A DNA stretch of 64,000 nucleotides from Lytechinus pictus. Its lineage: Eukaryota. Every line of letters begins with the position of its first letter. Within the stretch, counting starts at the first letter, position 1. This document shows, one piece after another, positions 1 through 14,600 of the stretch. Both the position numbers and the translations under genes were made by a program. Location of the stretch: positions 48,796,001 to 48,860,000 of the forward strand of contig NC_087251.1 in the NCBI RefSeq assembly GCF_037042905.1, read 5' to 3'. The notes under the pieces were generated by a model that saw nothing but the letters and a program-made list of their open reading frames with translations, was not told the DNA's origin and searched no databases.

Positions 1-268
1 TCAGGAAGAAGTTAAAAACAAAGCTAACGATACCTGTAAAACTGGAGAACTATTTCCAAAGCTCTTTCTGAATTCAGGTCATAAGCATCATATTCAGTTT
101 CATCAAAGTAGTTAGATAAAAATTACTCATCATTACAAATTGCATCACAATATATACCAAATTCTGTATAGGCCTATACATCATGTACATGAAAATTGAA
201 TGATAATTATATAAACCTGGATTGGTGATGTATTCCGAATGATTCATGATGGAGTATCATTGTATATA

Positions 269-1142
269 CAGAGGCGTCGATCCTGGGGGGGGGGGCGATC
301 GCCCCACCAATGAAAATATTTTGGGGGCAAACATATCGTTTTGCCCCCCCCCCCAATAATTCCGCATGTGCAAAAATAAAATAAGATGGTAATTATACAC
401 ATAAATCAGCAAGCGAGATTGAGCTACACCACTCGTTCTTCATTTAAAATCGTGCTCAAATTGTCCGCTTCTCAGATTGGAATATAAAGATTTTCAGCTA
501 GCGCTTCGCGCTCGCATCATTTCTGTAGCAAAACCCCATACTTTTCATGATTAAATAGGTGAATAGAATGTCCCGTTTTCAGTTCTAAACGTCAAAAGAA
601 CTCCCGCTTCGATTTGCAATAATCTTTTGTTGGATATAATCTTGTTCTTTATTACAAACGTCCATTAAACTGTCATTTTATTTCAGATCGAAATATCAAA
701 ATTTTAAGCTCGCGCTTCGCGCTCGCATCTATTGGTTTTTTTAGATACCCATCTTAATCATTGGTACCAAAAATGCATAGAATATCAAGCTTTCTGGTCA
801 AAATATAAAGAAATTTCAGCTCGCCCTCGGCACTCGCATTATCTGTGTAGTGAGATATGTATCCTCTTAATGAGTTACTACAAATAGTCCTAAACAGGCA
901 CCTTTTTCCTGTTTTCAGGTCAGTATACTTAAAAATTTCAGCTCGCGCTTCGCGCTCGCATTAATTTGTTGGTGAGATATGTGTCTCTATCTCATGAGTC
1001 ATATGAATATATATATATATATATATATGCATATGTGTGTTTGTGTGTGTGAGTTTGTTTGTTTTGTGTGATATCGAGCGCCTTTGGAAAGTTGATTCAT
1101 GATTTTGCCCCCCAAATCTGAAAAAAAGGATCGACGCCCCTG
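269..1142. mobile_element. Non-autonomous hAT-type element
   Basis: TIRs CAGAGGCGTCGATCC / GGATCGACGCCCCTG. 8-bp TSD TGTATATA at 261-268 and 1143-1150. Internal repeats of GCTCGCGCTTCGCGCTCGC. A second, inverted copy is at 24800-25699. Confidence 0.9.
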
Positions 1143-4100
1143 TGTATATATATATATACATATAGTAAAAAAAAACTTGTATCTCTATTGGCTTCATCGC
1201 AATAAAAGGGTTGATACACGAGATTTTGAAATCGCACATAACATGCATAATTTGTGTTACTTTTTGCTTGTTTCTTTCTTTAATAAGTTTTTCAATCTCT
1301 CTCTATTTATGTTTTAGAAAGATTATATGTTTAAATTGATATATATTTTCTGTTATAATGAGATATGTTTAAGTGGACTTCAGGGAATGGTCGTACGCAG
1401 CAAGGGGGAAGGGGGGCAAATTCGCGATCAGCTGTTGTGAAAAAAAAATTCCTTAACATTTCATGAAAACTATGAAAAATGTGCAAATGTGAGATGTGCA
1501 CCAAATAATTTTATTACACTTGTAAAAAAAAAATAATCGCCCCATTGAGCAGCTCGGTCTGTTTACTCTATCGTTTTTATTTTTTTTCCAAAAATTTGTT
1601 CGAGTCTTGCCCCCCCCCCCGGAAATATTATCTGCGTGTGGTCATGCAAAATGGCATGACTGGAAATCCTACATTTTGAAAAGAGCATTTGACAGGGTCA
1701 GACTTTACCCCTATTTCAACGTTTTCTTTTATGGCGCCGGTGAAGTGCAAAAATATGTGCGCCGCTCGGCAGTGCGCCCCCCCCCCTTTCGCCAAAAGCT
1801 GGATCCGCCTATGGATGAGTTGACAATTGGACGAATTGGCATTAGACGAATTATAAATAAACCGTTTCATATAACAGGCGCGTGATCAACCCTAAAAATG
1901 GAAGGGGCCGACATGGTGCATAGGCCAGAATATGAAAAAAGGTGTGAGGGGGCGAAGGGGGGGAGCAAATATTCTGACATTTTTTATTCGAAAAATTAAT
2001 TTTGTGATTGCTTTTGACAATATAAATTTAGAATTTTGGGGCCATAGTTCGAAGCCCACACCTCATATTTACGCCAGTAATCAATACGTTTGATTAAGTC
2101 TGAGTAACACGCTACCATATGATTTTTCCCTTCAAGTACCTTTTTTATTGAGAAAGTGTGATAATAATATAAAGTACAAACAATTACAGTTTTACTGTAG
2201 TCTTTTTTCCTCACCCCATTTAAAGATAGCGCTATTTTGTAGTTTGTTCAATAACGATGCGAATATGCAGTGTAGATGAATTTTTTTAATAAATAGAAGT
2301 ATATATAAACAGAAAAATAAATCATAAGGCCTAAGTGAAAAATGCGAGCGCGCAGCGCGAGCTGAAATTTTTACTTCACTTACAGAAAAAGGGAACATTT
2401 TAACAGCTGTTGGTATGAATTCATTAAGAGTATACATGTCTCACCAATCAAATGAAGCGTGGAATAGTCTTCTTTTTCTTCTTGTTATTGTGTGAGTAGA
2501 TGTGGGGTATTCATCATTTATAAAGTACTGAGTATTATCTATTGTTAACAAATCAGATTATAAATTTAATCCTGTTATTTTAAAAAAAAGCAGAGTCATT
2601 TCGATATTCATTCAGTTCCTTCATTCCAGTTCCTGCTGCCTCAGCCACACTAGCTTAACCGACTCCAGACCGATCAAAGCTATTACATCATGTCCAAGGA
2701 CATTTCCATCGATTGTTATTGAGTGGGTTCCGTTGGTGGGACTGTGGCACCAATGTATGCCACTGTAACTTTCTGCTTACACAACACTTTTCGCAAACTT
2801 TCAAATGTCAGCCTTTTTTCAACTAAAAGCATCCATACTTCATGTGGAATATTGATTTCTAAGACAGCAATCGGTCTTTTGACATTCACGCTCTATAACA
2901 TAATGCAAAATTCTGCCAATTCATATTGTAAATTATCGAAATGAACAGCAGGCCTGCCATTTCTATGGCTTCCATGCCATCAAAGTTCGCCTCTGATAAA
3001 AATTTTGTTGAATGTAGCCTCCTTTATTTGTTCGATCTCAACCTTTTTCTCGTCATTTTGAGTTGCTACATAACATCTTTGTACTCTTTTGCACGTCTAT
3101 ATTCCGATGATTGCCTTCCCCGGACTGTAAAACATTCGCCTGGTCGAATGAAGAAATGGGTTTGATTGGCCTTTGGTTGGGGTCCATGGTTGTAAAGATT
3201 ATATTTTCTATCAAACTACCTGGAAGTAGGGCGGCTGATCTTTATTCATATGATTTGATTAGGGCAATCGATTGAAAGAAATCCCACTCTCTCATTCAGC
3301 GACTTTGATTTGATTGTATTATTGTATTATACATTTTCCTTATCAGTACGACTTGTATGGGTATTTTTGCCTCGATTCCACAAAAAGGTTTAGTAATTCC
3401 ACCCTGAAAATCTCAAAGTCAGAGAAAATGTAATATATATAAAATTAGAACTGATTTAAACTTAAGACTTTGAAAACACAGGATGCAGTAAAGCAATACG
3501 ACAAGACTTTCCCCTATTTTCTGTTTATCTATCACACTTTAATAATGTTATATCATATTGATCATTGTCGAAAATGCTACTTATGCAACCAAATTTCAAC
3601 CTCGTGTCGATGCTTTCATAACAAATCTGGTTGAAAAAATAAAAAGTATTGGTTATACAACATGGAGAGTTATAAAAATACTCTAAAAAATACATAACAC
3701 TTGAAAAAAACACACACAATCTACTTAAGCATGCAACAGAAACATAACCAAAAGAACACAGTTCTGTAATCACAAACATAAATAAAAAATCAAAGGAAAC
3801 GGTAATTTCAGCTAAAAAAAAAAAAAAAACATGTATAACGGAAAGTGAAAAGTTACCAGTGCCGTAACTACGGGAGGGGGCAAAAAACAAAAAACAAAAA
3901 ACGTAAGGAAAAAGAGAAAAGGAAACGAAGTGGGGGAGAATAAATTATTTTTTATTATATTATGCTATATATGTTATATTACATGAGAAATATTTCGTCA
4001 TAACTTTATGAAACATTATTTGCTAAGGGCATATGTGTTCATCATCCCTGGTGCTCGCATTGTCTGTTTAATGATAACATTCCGTTTTCAAGTCAATATA

Positions 4101-5546
4101 CACCAAATATATTTCTTCGCACTTCGAGCTATCATTGTTTTATGGAGTGACATATGCTTCTTTTCCATGGTTATTTAAAGTGATTGCCCCCTTTTAATGT
4201 CTGAATATAAAATATTTCCAGTCCGTGCTTACGTTCGCATTAGTGGATTGGTGAGATGACAATGGTGAGATATGCATGCTCTTCATGAATTAAAAAAAAA
4301 TACTATTATTATTGTTGTTGTTATTATTATTTTTATAATTGGTATCATTATTATTGTCATTATCATTATTATTATTGTTATTATTATTATTTTTATTATT
4401 ATTATGGCTTTAGGGAGACTAGTCTTCTCATTCATAACGCGTATTTTTCTCATTTGAGAAAGGTGATGTTTTAAGGCATGTGCGGATGTGACATTCAGTT
4501 CATCCTGCGTCGCCCATCATTTCACAACCGTTCTCGGATAATTTTTACGTTTTGTTCAAGTTTGCGACGCAGCAAGATTGATTGCGCTATTTTGCTTTTA
4601 GTGCTTTGCAGCCTCCGTCGCGTCGCAACGTCAGCTTTTTAAAGTAGTATGTGTTGGACTTCTTCAGAATGGTTTTTTTATTTTTCTGTAGTTTTTCAAA
4701 TCAACTTGTTTTCGGGGTTAGATTATATCAGTGGAGTTGTTCGAAATAAATTTACTAGAAGGGAGTGGAAATTGTTTGATGCATCGAGAACAACATATTT
4801 TGATGCATTTTTCTCAGACTATACCTTACAAAACATTACAAAATATGATGTATTCCTACGGAAAAGTTGGTTTGGTGTGGTTTACTTTTATTCACGATTA
4901 ACAAAACATGAATTATAAACAAAATATACATTACATGATCAAATATTTAACAATATATAAACGTAACAATATATATAAATCTTATCGTAGGGAAATTAAA
5001 AATTACATGAGGTTAAAAAATCTTTTAATACTTGCTTGAAACAACAACCGCTTGATTAAAAAGGACGTTTATTATTTGGCAGAACAAATAAATTGAAAAT
5101 ATGAAAAACTATAAGAGTTCTTTCTCAGCCTTAAGATATCAATTTTCATAGGATTTTTATTCCCCCATAAATGTATTCGTATCCTGTCAATTTTGTCTAT
5201 TTTAACTGAGATCGATAAATACCGCGCCTTTTGTTGAGAGGAAATCAATAAAAAAGTACAGATAACTATTTTACGTACCTGAAGTCTTTTGACTAATTGT
5301 TCTCAGATTAACTACTGTGTATATTCATTTAGTGTCTGCGAAATGATTATTCGCACAATGTGATAGCTCCCAACTTATTTATATTACAGTGTTCTTCCAT
5401 TCATTCGACTTTGAACAGGATTATATCCTCCATCTGATATCATATTCTAAAAAGAATATGAACATGAAAAATCATATGTACACCCTCCGATTGGTAAATT
5501 ATTCACACGACTTTTTTTGTTTAAGAGTATTCAAAAAAAATTATTT

Positions 5547-6137
<591 letters not shown>

Positions 6138-8357
6138 GCCTAAAAGTAGTTGATTTATCTTTCACTCCCGGCACCCTCGACTGGACATCACAAACGAAAT
6201 TGCTGTTCCGGATCACCAATTTTCGACAAAGGCCTCGCAGCTGTTCTTTGTCATTTTGGCATTTTCATTTCATTTACCATGTTTAATGTTTGATGTGAAA
6301 ACTGCCTATTATAAATCGACTAAAAACAGTACCTCCGACATATACACTCACAAGCATATACTCTCCGATATCCGCCATAATTCGAGTCATCACATCATGT
6401 CATCTTCAATTAGTGTTAAACCGATACAGATACTTGACATCGAGGGGGGAAAGTCCTTCCATGCCCCCATTAACGCTGTAAATTTTTATTTTCATTCCTC
6501 CAATCATTACTACCATCTTAACATCAGGTGAACATGCAGCATGCAATAATATTCTCATATTTTGTAAAAATAATAATTATTAAACAGTTTATTGCCTTGT
6601 TTAATTTTACCATATTACCAATGCGCACTGACCGCTTCCTGGCATTTACACAAGACACCCCTTACCTACTTTTTCATACAGAACCAGGTTAAGAGCGTGA
6701 ACTCGACATAAGGCAGCAGCAAGGTTTGATCGGAAATGAGTTAGAAGAGTCAGGGGCACGGGACCGCGAGACCTAGTCACGAGGTTGCTATCCTCAGATT
6801 TGTTGCACGGCGGAATTTAAGAGAAGCCGGCTGCTGGACCAGAATAGGAAAAAAAAACCCATCACCATGATCACTTTATCGTGCTCCAGGATCGTACTTC
6901 TGAGGATAAGGTCAAGGATGAAATGGACACCGACATAGTCCTTAAACGAAGACTCACTTGATCCAGTGGCCTAACAACGATAGAGTTGACTGTGATGCGA
7001 CTTCGATTCAAACTTTGGATGGATTTTGTGCCATTCTTCATTTTGTTTAGCAGCGGCGACGCTATGTAACAGGGTGATTGAAAGTTGATCCCATAATCAG
7101 AATGTTTTGAACGAATTAAAGATGCTAAAACGATCTGATGATGGTGAATGACTCTAACTTGAGTTTGTTATGGATCAATTTAAGCGGTAAGTTGAAACAC
7201 TATACTCTACGTTTAACGAAGCGATGTATCTAATTCCTGATTGATTTTGCCTTCTTTAAGATCTTTAATTTCTCCCCATTTTCTAGTCAAAAAGTACACT
7301 GACACTGTATTAAGTCTTCATCATTTTTGGGCTATTTTGTTTTGCTGCAATCCCTTTTCGCTCGTGGTTCGGTAATTCTATCTTCTTTTTTTTTACATTT
7401 CTAACCTAAACTCCGATGCACTTTCCCTTCTTAGAAAGGTTTGTAATAGATAAATCAGAGATAATTCATTTTTAGAAAATGCAAGTCTATACCAAGTAAA
7501 TATTTTAAGAGCGTGTGTTAATTGAAACCTTTTTACATGTTGACTGCCCCCTCCCCCCAAAAAAAATCAAAATCTGCAGTTATTGCAACTTAGAAGAAAA
7601 AAATTCAATCAAAATATGTATCAGATGTTTCTGTATGGTTTTAAAAGTATTAAAAACGCCATTGGTATCAGCTCGGTCGTTTTTCTCCATTATATTCAAT
7701 TTATCTATGTATTTACAGCTGACGTATTCTCCCTATCTCCCCTCCGGATGTATTGAAAAAAAATTGTACGAACAGCCATGTTGAGGGACACGGCCTAATG
7801 ATAGTGAGAAGCGTGACTAATGATTTAATAATAGGGCTGATATTGTTACGTTTTCAAAATCTCCCCTGTTAGTATGCCAATTATCAAGTCTACCAAACAT
7901 TAATGAGTTAGCACTCAGGCATCCATGGTGTTAATATGAGAGTGCTATTAGTATCACCCATCGGTTTTTTTCCTTGAGGAATATGGTTTGTTTTCAATAA
8001 GTGAGGTGTTATTTTGAAACCTTTTCAAAACCATTTCAAATATCCATTGACGCGTAGGAAGTGCATTTTTGTTCCCTAAAATAACATAACATAGCTCAGC
8101 ATAGAATTCATCTAGGGAATAAGCTCTAGGTGCACATCTTATTTTTTTATTTCAGTTTTATTTACGCAGGGCAGCCCTTTCAGTTATAGAACTGATTTAC
8201 AAAGAGGCCCTTTCTTAAGAATCGAAACTTATGTTTGGCAAGATAAAAGACCTTTTCAAAAACTAAGACATGACATGAATATATTGTTTAGGTCATAAAT
8301 AGGCAGATGACTACGTCACTTCTTTATTCATAATGAGGATATATCAGACTCATATCA

Positions 8358-8723
8358 CGTAATCTTAGGATTAAGAAAGTGCTGATTGGAGCATTAATTT
8401 GCCCGCGTTTGGAACCACTCAAGGTTCTTCAAATAAGCAGAAAATGATTCTAAGTAGTCCGTAAGAACAATTGTTTTTGTTTTTACTTTTGTTCTATAAG
8501 GAACCCTTTAATGTTATATAACAGCCTATGTGGTTCTATCACATATTAGGCGTGGTTGTTTTATCACACCATCACGAACCCCATATGTTGTATAAAGAAA
8601 GAAAAGGCTCCTTATAGAACTAAAAATAGTTCTAAAAGGTTTGTTTCGAACCATATTCTGCTTCTTTGAAGAGCTTTTAAAGGTTCCACATACGGAACAA
8701 AGAAAGATAATTTTCTAAGAGTG
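8358..8723. mobile_element. Degenerate palindromic CACT-type MITE
   Basis: Inverted arms (GGAACC..CTTCAAA.AAGCAGAA versus TTCTGCTTCTTTGAAG..GGTTCC), GAACC/GGTTC subrepeats, right end TTTTCTAAGAGTG. Left boundary approximate. Confidence 0.5.
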
Positions 8724-9421
8724 TGTGTTTTTGTTTTACAGACGAAAGATACTATGAACATATAAATGTATCAACATAATCTTCACGATTAATTCCAATC
8801 CATAATATCTGTAGGAATCTATATTAGACTCGTATCAAAAGAATTTTTTTCTGTTATTGCAGATTTGCTGTCAACACATTAACACCTCCGCCCGGATGTT
8901 CTAAGCGTCATTAACGGCTAGACAATGACATCGCACATGGGATCTTCCTAAAAAGTGTAGCAATTTCCTGGCCAAATTCCAACTATTGAGAAGGGGTTTT
9001 GGATTTCCGCTCCCGCCTATAGCTGAAACGAATCCCTCGAGTGTGGCACTGTCAGATTGCCGAATAATTCATGCAACCCAACCATATTTAGCAAGGACGG
9101 GACTAACAGGAGACATGATTAAAAACGTCATCTTTGTCAATTTTGTAACGTTCGTTTTCTAGTAAACATGTAAAGGGTATAATTATTATGGCGAAATTCA
9201 ACCCATTTTAGATAATCGGCCGCGACAAATTTGTTTGCACCATTTTGTCGACAAGGTCGAAATTTTTGCTCAAGAAACAAATCAAGAACCTACAAGCCAA
9301 CGTGAAAATCACGGCAACATTGAACCGTGCTTCTGGCTTACCGATGAAAGCATGATGGTGACAACGAAATAGTATATCCGAGAGTACATCAACTCAGATG
9401 TAGGTTTCTGGACCAATCACA

Positions 9422-10666
9422 ATGAGATTGTGGTTGAAATTAAGAATATGGCGATCAGCATTTGGACGATATATCTACCTTGGATTACTAGGATTTATCA
9501 TTATGTTTGGCATGAGGAGGACTGGTGGAGATCGAAACCAGAGGAGACCATGGAGATCAATTACTCCTGTTGGAGAAGATTCAGGACTATTCATGAAAAT
9601 GGCGTCAGTTAATGCCATCATAGTCGAAAGAGAGAATCGCAGACAAAGACCCTTTGTACATCATAAAGTTGAGGACAGTGATCATACAGGATTGCTACGT
9701 GATGCAGCAAGTATGCCTAGATTAATTAGAGGCCGGGAAGATTTGAAAAGGGACAAAACTCCTTTTGATGATGCATACAACAAGGGTACATACTTGTTGG
9801 AACCAACCGATTCTCATACCTACACCCAGTTGAACACCCCGCGTAATATTTGCTTTGACCATCGGGGAATGCCCCGACGGGTGCCCATGATTATATTTGT
9901 GACATCTGCTCTGGGTAATCTGAAAAGAAGAGACCACGTCCGTGTGACGTACGGCAACAGCCAAGCCTGGGAAGTATCAGATGAACCCCTCGTCAGGACA
10001 GTGTTCATGTTGGGAGCAACTGCCGATCCGGTCCTGCAAGCCAAGATCAGCGCCGAGGCTCGTATCTATGGCGATATTGTCCAAGAAGATTTCATTGATA
10101 GCTACTTAAACCTGACAAGGAAGACTGTCATGGGTTTGAAATGGGTGACGGAGCATTGTCGACACGCCAAGTTTGCCATGAAAATCGACGACGATACGAT
10201 GCTCAACAAGGCTCGTATCCTGGCGTTCATCCTTAGGGCGCCCTCTCATGGAGTCGTCATCGGGAACCTGAACCTTGACATGCCGGTTGTCCGAAGTAGG
10301 GTCGGGGACTGGGGGAAGTACCACATCTCTGAGGATTTTTACCCTGCTTCGACGTACCCACCGTACCTCTCGGGTACAGCGTTCATCATGTCCACAGACC
10401 TGGTGGAGGCGACGTTTCGTACCGCTTTGTCCACACCCCTGTTCCCCTGGGAGGACGTCTTCATGGGCATGTGTTGGAAAAAGATTGGGGTCAGTCTCAT
10501 GCACGATTACCATTTTATGTGTACTTCGAACACGGAGGAGTGTTACGGTGACAAGGAGTGGCCCAAGTATACCGTCTTTGTTAATTTACCTGCAGAGTAT
10601 ATGGTCCGGGTCTGGGTCGAAAGTACTGTCTACGCCGAAAAGCAGCTGCCAGACATTCGGAAATAA
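9422..10666 (+). CDS. Beta-1,3-galactosyltransferase-like glycosyltransferase (CAZy GT31), single coding exon, 414 aa, type II membrane protein
   Basis: Intact ORF. N-terminal TM segment (YIYLGLLGFIIMFGM) and stem, then GT31 motifs: FVTSALGNLKRRDHVRVTYG, VFMLG, EARIYGDIVQEDFIDSYLNLTRKT, FAMKIDDD (DxD), YPPYLSG, EDVFMGMC. Exact B3GALT/B3GNT orthology cannot be assigned from sequence alone. Confidence 0.95.
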   Translation: MRLWLKLRIWRSAFGRYIYLGLLGFIIMFGMRRTGGDRNQRRPWRSITPVGEDSGLFMKMASVNAIIVERENRRQRPFVHHKVEDSDHTGLLRDAASMPRLIRGREDLKRDKTPFDDAYNKGTYLLEPTDSHTYTQLNTPRNICFDHRGMPRRVPMIIFVTSALGNLKRRDHVRVTYGNSQAWEVSDEPLVRTVFMLGATADPVLQAKISAEARIYGDIVQEDFIDSYLNLTRKTVMGLKWVTEHCRHAKFAMKIDDDTMLNKARILAFILRAPSHGVVIGNLNLDMPVVRSRVGDWGKYHISEDFYPASTYPPYLSGTAFIMSTDLVEATFRTALSTPLFPWEDVFMGMCWKKIGVSLMHDYHFMCTSNTEECYGDKEWPKYTVFVNLPAEYMVRVWVESTVYAEKQLPDIRK

Positions 10667-10692
10667 TATTTATTACTTTATGTTGCCATATA

Positions 10693-10838
10693 CACGCTAA
10701 ATTCCAAGGATTTAATATAAATCCAGATCGGCTGTGAATAGTGACCAGCCGAATATTAGATTTAGATTTAAACAATAAATTCAAAATTCGGCTGGTCACT
10801 ATTCACAGCCGATTCCAAAGTCCTTGGAATTTAAAGTG
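10693..10838. mobile_element. 146-bp palindromic MITE (CAC...GTG, TA flanks) just downstream of the GT31 stop codon
   Basis: Termini CACGCTAAATTCCAAGGA / TCCTTGGAATTTAAAGTG. Perfect inner inverted repeat ATCGGCTGTGAATAGTGACCAGCCGAAT / ATTCGGCTGGTCACTATTCACAGCCGAT. Confidence 0.85.
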
Positions 10839-11401
10839 TACTAAATGTCATACGAAATGCTGGAAGTATTTGTATTGCTGATGACCTAAATTCTATATGA
10901 AATACATAGAGCATGCATTCCTATTGATGAAAAAAGACACGTATTTGAATAAATTTTTCAATCACTGGAATATTTTGTATATGACTATCAATAAGTCACT
11001 GACCACCTGTTGAAAAGCACATCGTATTTTGTGAAAAAACTAAGTCGTTTGTTTTATTTTTATGTGGAATACTAAATGAATCCATCGAGGATCAAGTTTA
11101 TGCGATATTACTGAAATAAATGTATGAAACGAATTATAAACTCATACGAATATGAATATTTGAAATAAAATATTATTTTCTGCTTCAACTCATAACCGTA
11201 ATCACTGCAATGAATACTTAATTGTAGCAATTTTTAAGATTCATTCAGTCTAATGCAAATCACAAGATTTTATCCAGATTCTAACCTGTTTAAAATAAAG
11301 AGTCTGTCTCCAGTAATTTTACACGATGAAGTGTTGCGAATATACGTGGGATTTGTTCTTAAAATGAATAAGTGATATATTTTTTTCACTTTACTATTGT
11401 T

Positions 11402-11692
11402 CAGTGGCGTAATGAGCCAAACATTTATAGGGGGATCGATATGGCGTATCGCATAAAACTAATAAAAAGTTGCGAGCGATCGAAGCGAGCGAGCAAAAAT
11501 TTTGAATTTTTATTACAAAAATCTAAGTTTGTGATAGATTTTGACATTATGTTCAGAAAATAGTATCATATTTCACCATTATCCCTTTCCATTTCTGTCC
11601 TTTTTTCTTTTGTTTTTCTTAGTCGTGAAAAATCTGGGGGCTGGGGGGCAAGAGCCTCCAAGCCCCCCCCCCCCCCCATCAGTACGCTAGTG
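11402..11692. mobile_element. Non-autonomous hAT-type element
   Basis: Termini CAGTGGCGTA / TACGCTAGTG. 8-bp TSD CTATTGTT / CTACTGTT (1 mismatch). Confidence 0.8.
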
Positions 11693-14600
11693 CTACTGTT
11701 ATCTTCTACTGTAAAGTAAATCTCTATGGATAAATCTCTAATGTTAGGATATGACATACTATTTTCAGGAAATGATTTTAGATTGCCAGAAGAAAATTAT
11801 TTTGCGGAAATTCATGACGAAACAAAAAAGAACATTCCCATTAGGGGGTGTAAATTGAAAGAAGGATTTTTTCTTCGACGCATTGCTATCGTAGTATGAT
11901 AATCAAGTCCTATCAGATTCAGTATAATATGCATCGTTTTTTACTCAACTTATATTATGTCTACCTGAGACTCTTCCAAAAGAAAATATTTTGAATAAAT
12001 TTACGACATTGGTACGATTAACATTCAAACGAATACAGGTATTGTTTTCACATATTTAGTGGTCGTATTTCATGTATATTTCATGTAATATTCATTTATT
12101 TGTTAATATTTTTATTCATATTTATACACATGCAGGATAAACAAGGTCAGCATATTTATGTTTATCCATGTTCCTATTACAACAGGCTAAAATGATTTTT
12201 TAATGGCATATGCAACTGTTAACAAAAATAGATAAGCACGTTTTTTAAGCTCGTCACTCTAACCAGATGTTGTTTAAACTGTTTAAAAATTGTATTAATT
12301 TGTTTAAATCGTTTAAGAATTTTTGAACAACTTGTTTGAAATTTTAAACTATAGTTAGAGTGACGAGCGCTTTTACAGTGGGCTATAAGCAATTCTATAT
12401 GAAAAAAAGAAAACATCGCACATAATATATTGATAACATAATAATTTAAGATTACATTCAATGATATAAGAAAAAAATCAATGAAATAGTAGTCATATGG
12501 TGCCCTTGAGACACATTATGTAGCACTTAATTCCCTGCGGTTGTGGGATCATGTTCCGCAGTTGCTTAGTGCCACTGATTGGGGGTATTGCACGTGACAC
12601 GAAGTGTATTTATAGCTACAGTAATTTATAGCTATGTAATCATATCCTCCCACACGTAATCCTCAATTCGGCAACAAAAAAGGTCACACAGAGAGCACGA
12701 GGTTAATTAGCAAATTGCAGAATGATCGCCGTGACTCAACTCACGTAAATTTCATGTTTTATTTGTTAAGTTTTTAATTCTTTCTCCATGGTCTATGATA
12801 ATTAAGAGGTTTAATTGATGTTACAAGCCGGAAGCAAGAATTGTTGTGAGGTAGCTAAGGTAACTCAAAATATCCGGCACGATATAGCATATGCCCTACC
12901 AAATAGATTAAAATAAAGTCACAAACGATTGTTTACTGCATGATTGTACCTAAAAACATAATGAATTAAAAATGAAAATTATAAAAAAAAAATAGAAGGT
13001 TCTTCACATTTTTGGCAGTTACTCTGCATGGACCAATTTATGTATTGATAAGTGGATACATCTGTTTGTTGAAGCTTGACAATTATGAATTGTACTTAAT
13101 TACTCTAATGCAAGCGAGACTGTCACAAGCGTTCCACTTACAAGTGTCTTAGATGAAATAAGAGAGCAAGATCAATTGAAATTGTGGTTTCAAAATGGCA
13201 CTTTTTTGTTCTTTATCATTTGTACTTTGAGTTTTAAAACAATTAATGGTACACTCCTGTGTGATTAGGTTCAGGAAGTGCATGTATTTTTTTTTTATAG
13301 CTCCTTATTCTCTAAATAATATTTTTGATATGGTAAACAACTTGTCTTGCGTGTCGATATACAGGGAACATAGGAGGGTACTTTGGAGAGGATGATTAAT
13401 TGATTTACTTCATGTTGTTGCGCTGATATTGAAATGGAATGTTTTTTATTGATTTTTATGCTCCTTGTTGTTTCCTTTTTGTGAATAAAGTTGAGTGATA
13501 TATACGTATGAGAATGAGATAATATTCGATCATGTTTGTAAACAATCAACCTGTCTTTGTCTTTCCGTTGATGCCCACAATCAAAGTGTTGATTATTTTG
13601 GCAAAGTTCATTGTAAAAAAATTGAACAATGTCTCGTATTGTTGCGATGTAAAGGGCTCCCTCAAATAGATTTTTTTTAATCGTGATTTAATTTTGTTGT
13701 TGGTGTAGACTAAAATTTAGGACATGATATAGGTTGAAATAAAACGATAGAAAAGGGAATGGTATCGTACTTCATTGTAAAAAAATACTTTCTGAATATA
13801 CATTTTGCAAAGTTACTCAAACAATTTCTAACCGAAATCTTATCGACATTTATATCTAGCTTTTCTGACATTATTTATTATTACACCCTAAAAATTAAAT
13901 CTTAAATCAACAATTGGAGGAGTGACAATCTTTTCTAAATGTTGTATTAACCACCTTAAATTGTTCGACACAACGCTTAAACTGTTGGATTTAGCTTTAT
14001 GCAAGGTTGGATATTACATATGGAAGTGGTTGTCACTCCTTTAACCTCTAAAAATTAATGTTTATTTAAAATTTCATTTTTTAGAGTGTACCTTTAAGGC
14101 AACACGCGACCTTTGAAAATAACGAAGAGGGGAAAAACAAATAAATACAATGAAAAGTTGATTAAACTGTTAAATCAAATGAAATATAATTAGCTTGCAT
14201 GTTTTTAGTTCTAAAAATATCTGTGGATATGTGTCTCTTCTGGAAAATTTTATATCCAATAGGAAAATTGGGATGTATATATTTCGGTGACAAGACATTT
14301 GCTCCTGCGACAATTTCTCCTGGCTTGATTAATGGAAACGTAATTATATTAATAGCACGTAGACGGAAACTGAAAAAAAAAATAGAAAAGAAAGGGTTGA
14401 AGTTTTCTGTATGGAAAAAAAGATGACTAAAGGAGGGAGTTGAACTTTTATTCAGGAAGAGCTGCCAAACAGCATATCCGCCATCGCATACGACAAGGTA
14501 TCCCTGATGCAAACCCCAAAAAGTGAATTCGTATAGCCCTTCTATTAATAATGATTTTTTTTTCATAACTTTGTGCATGCATCCCTAGCTACGGGCACAT

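Noticed and set aside
4880..5470. Possible decayed LINE 3' end on the minus strand (similarly ~50600-50990)
   Set aside because: Only faint motif resemblance by eye; needs a translated search to support.
9430..10799. Short alternative-frame and antisense ORFs overlapping the GT31 gene (and likewise those over the GPCR exons)
   Set aside because: Shadow ORFs of GC-rich coding sequence with no independent motifs.
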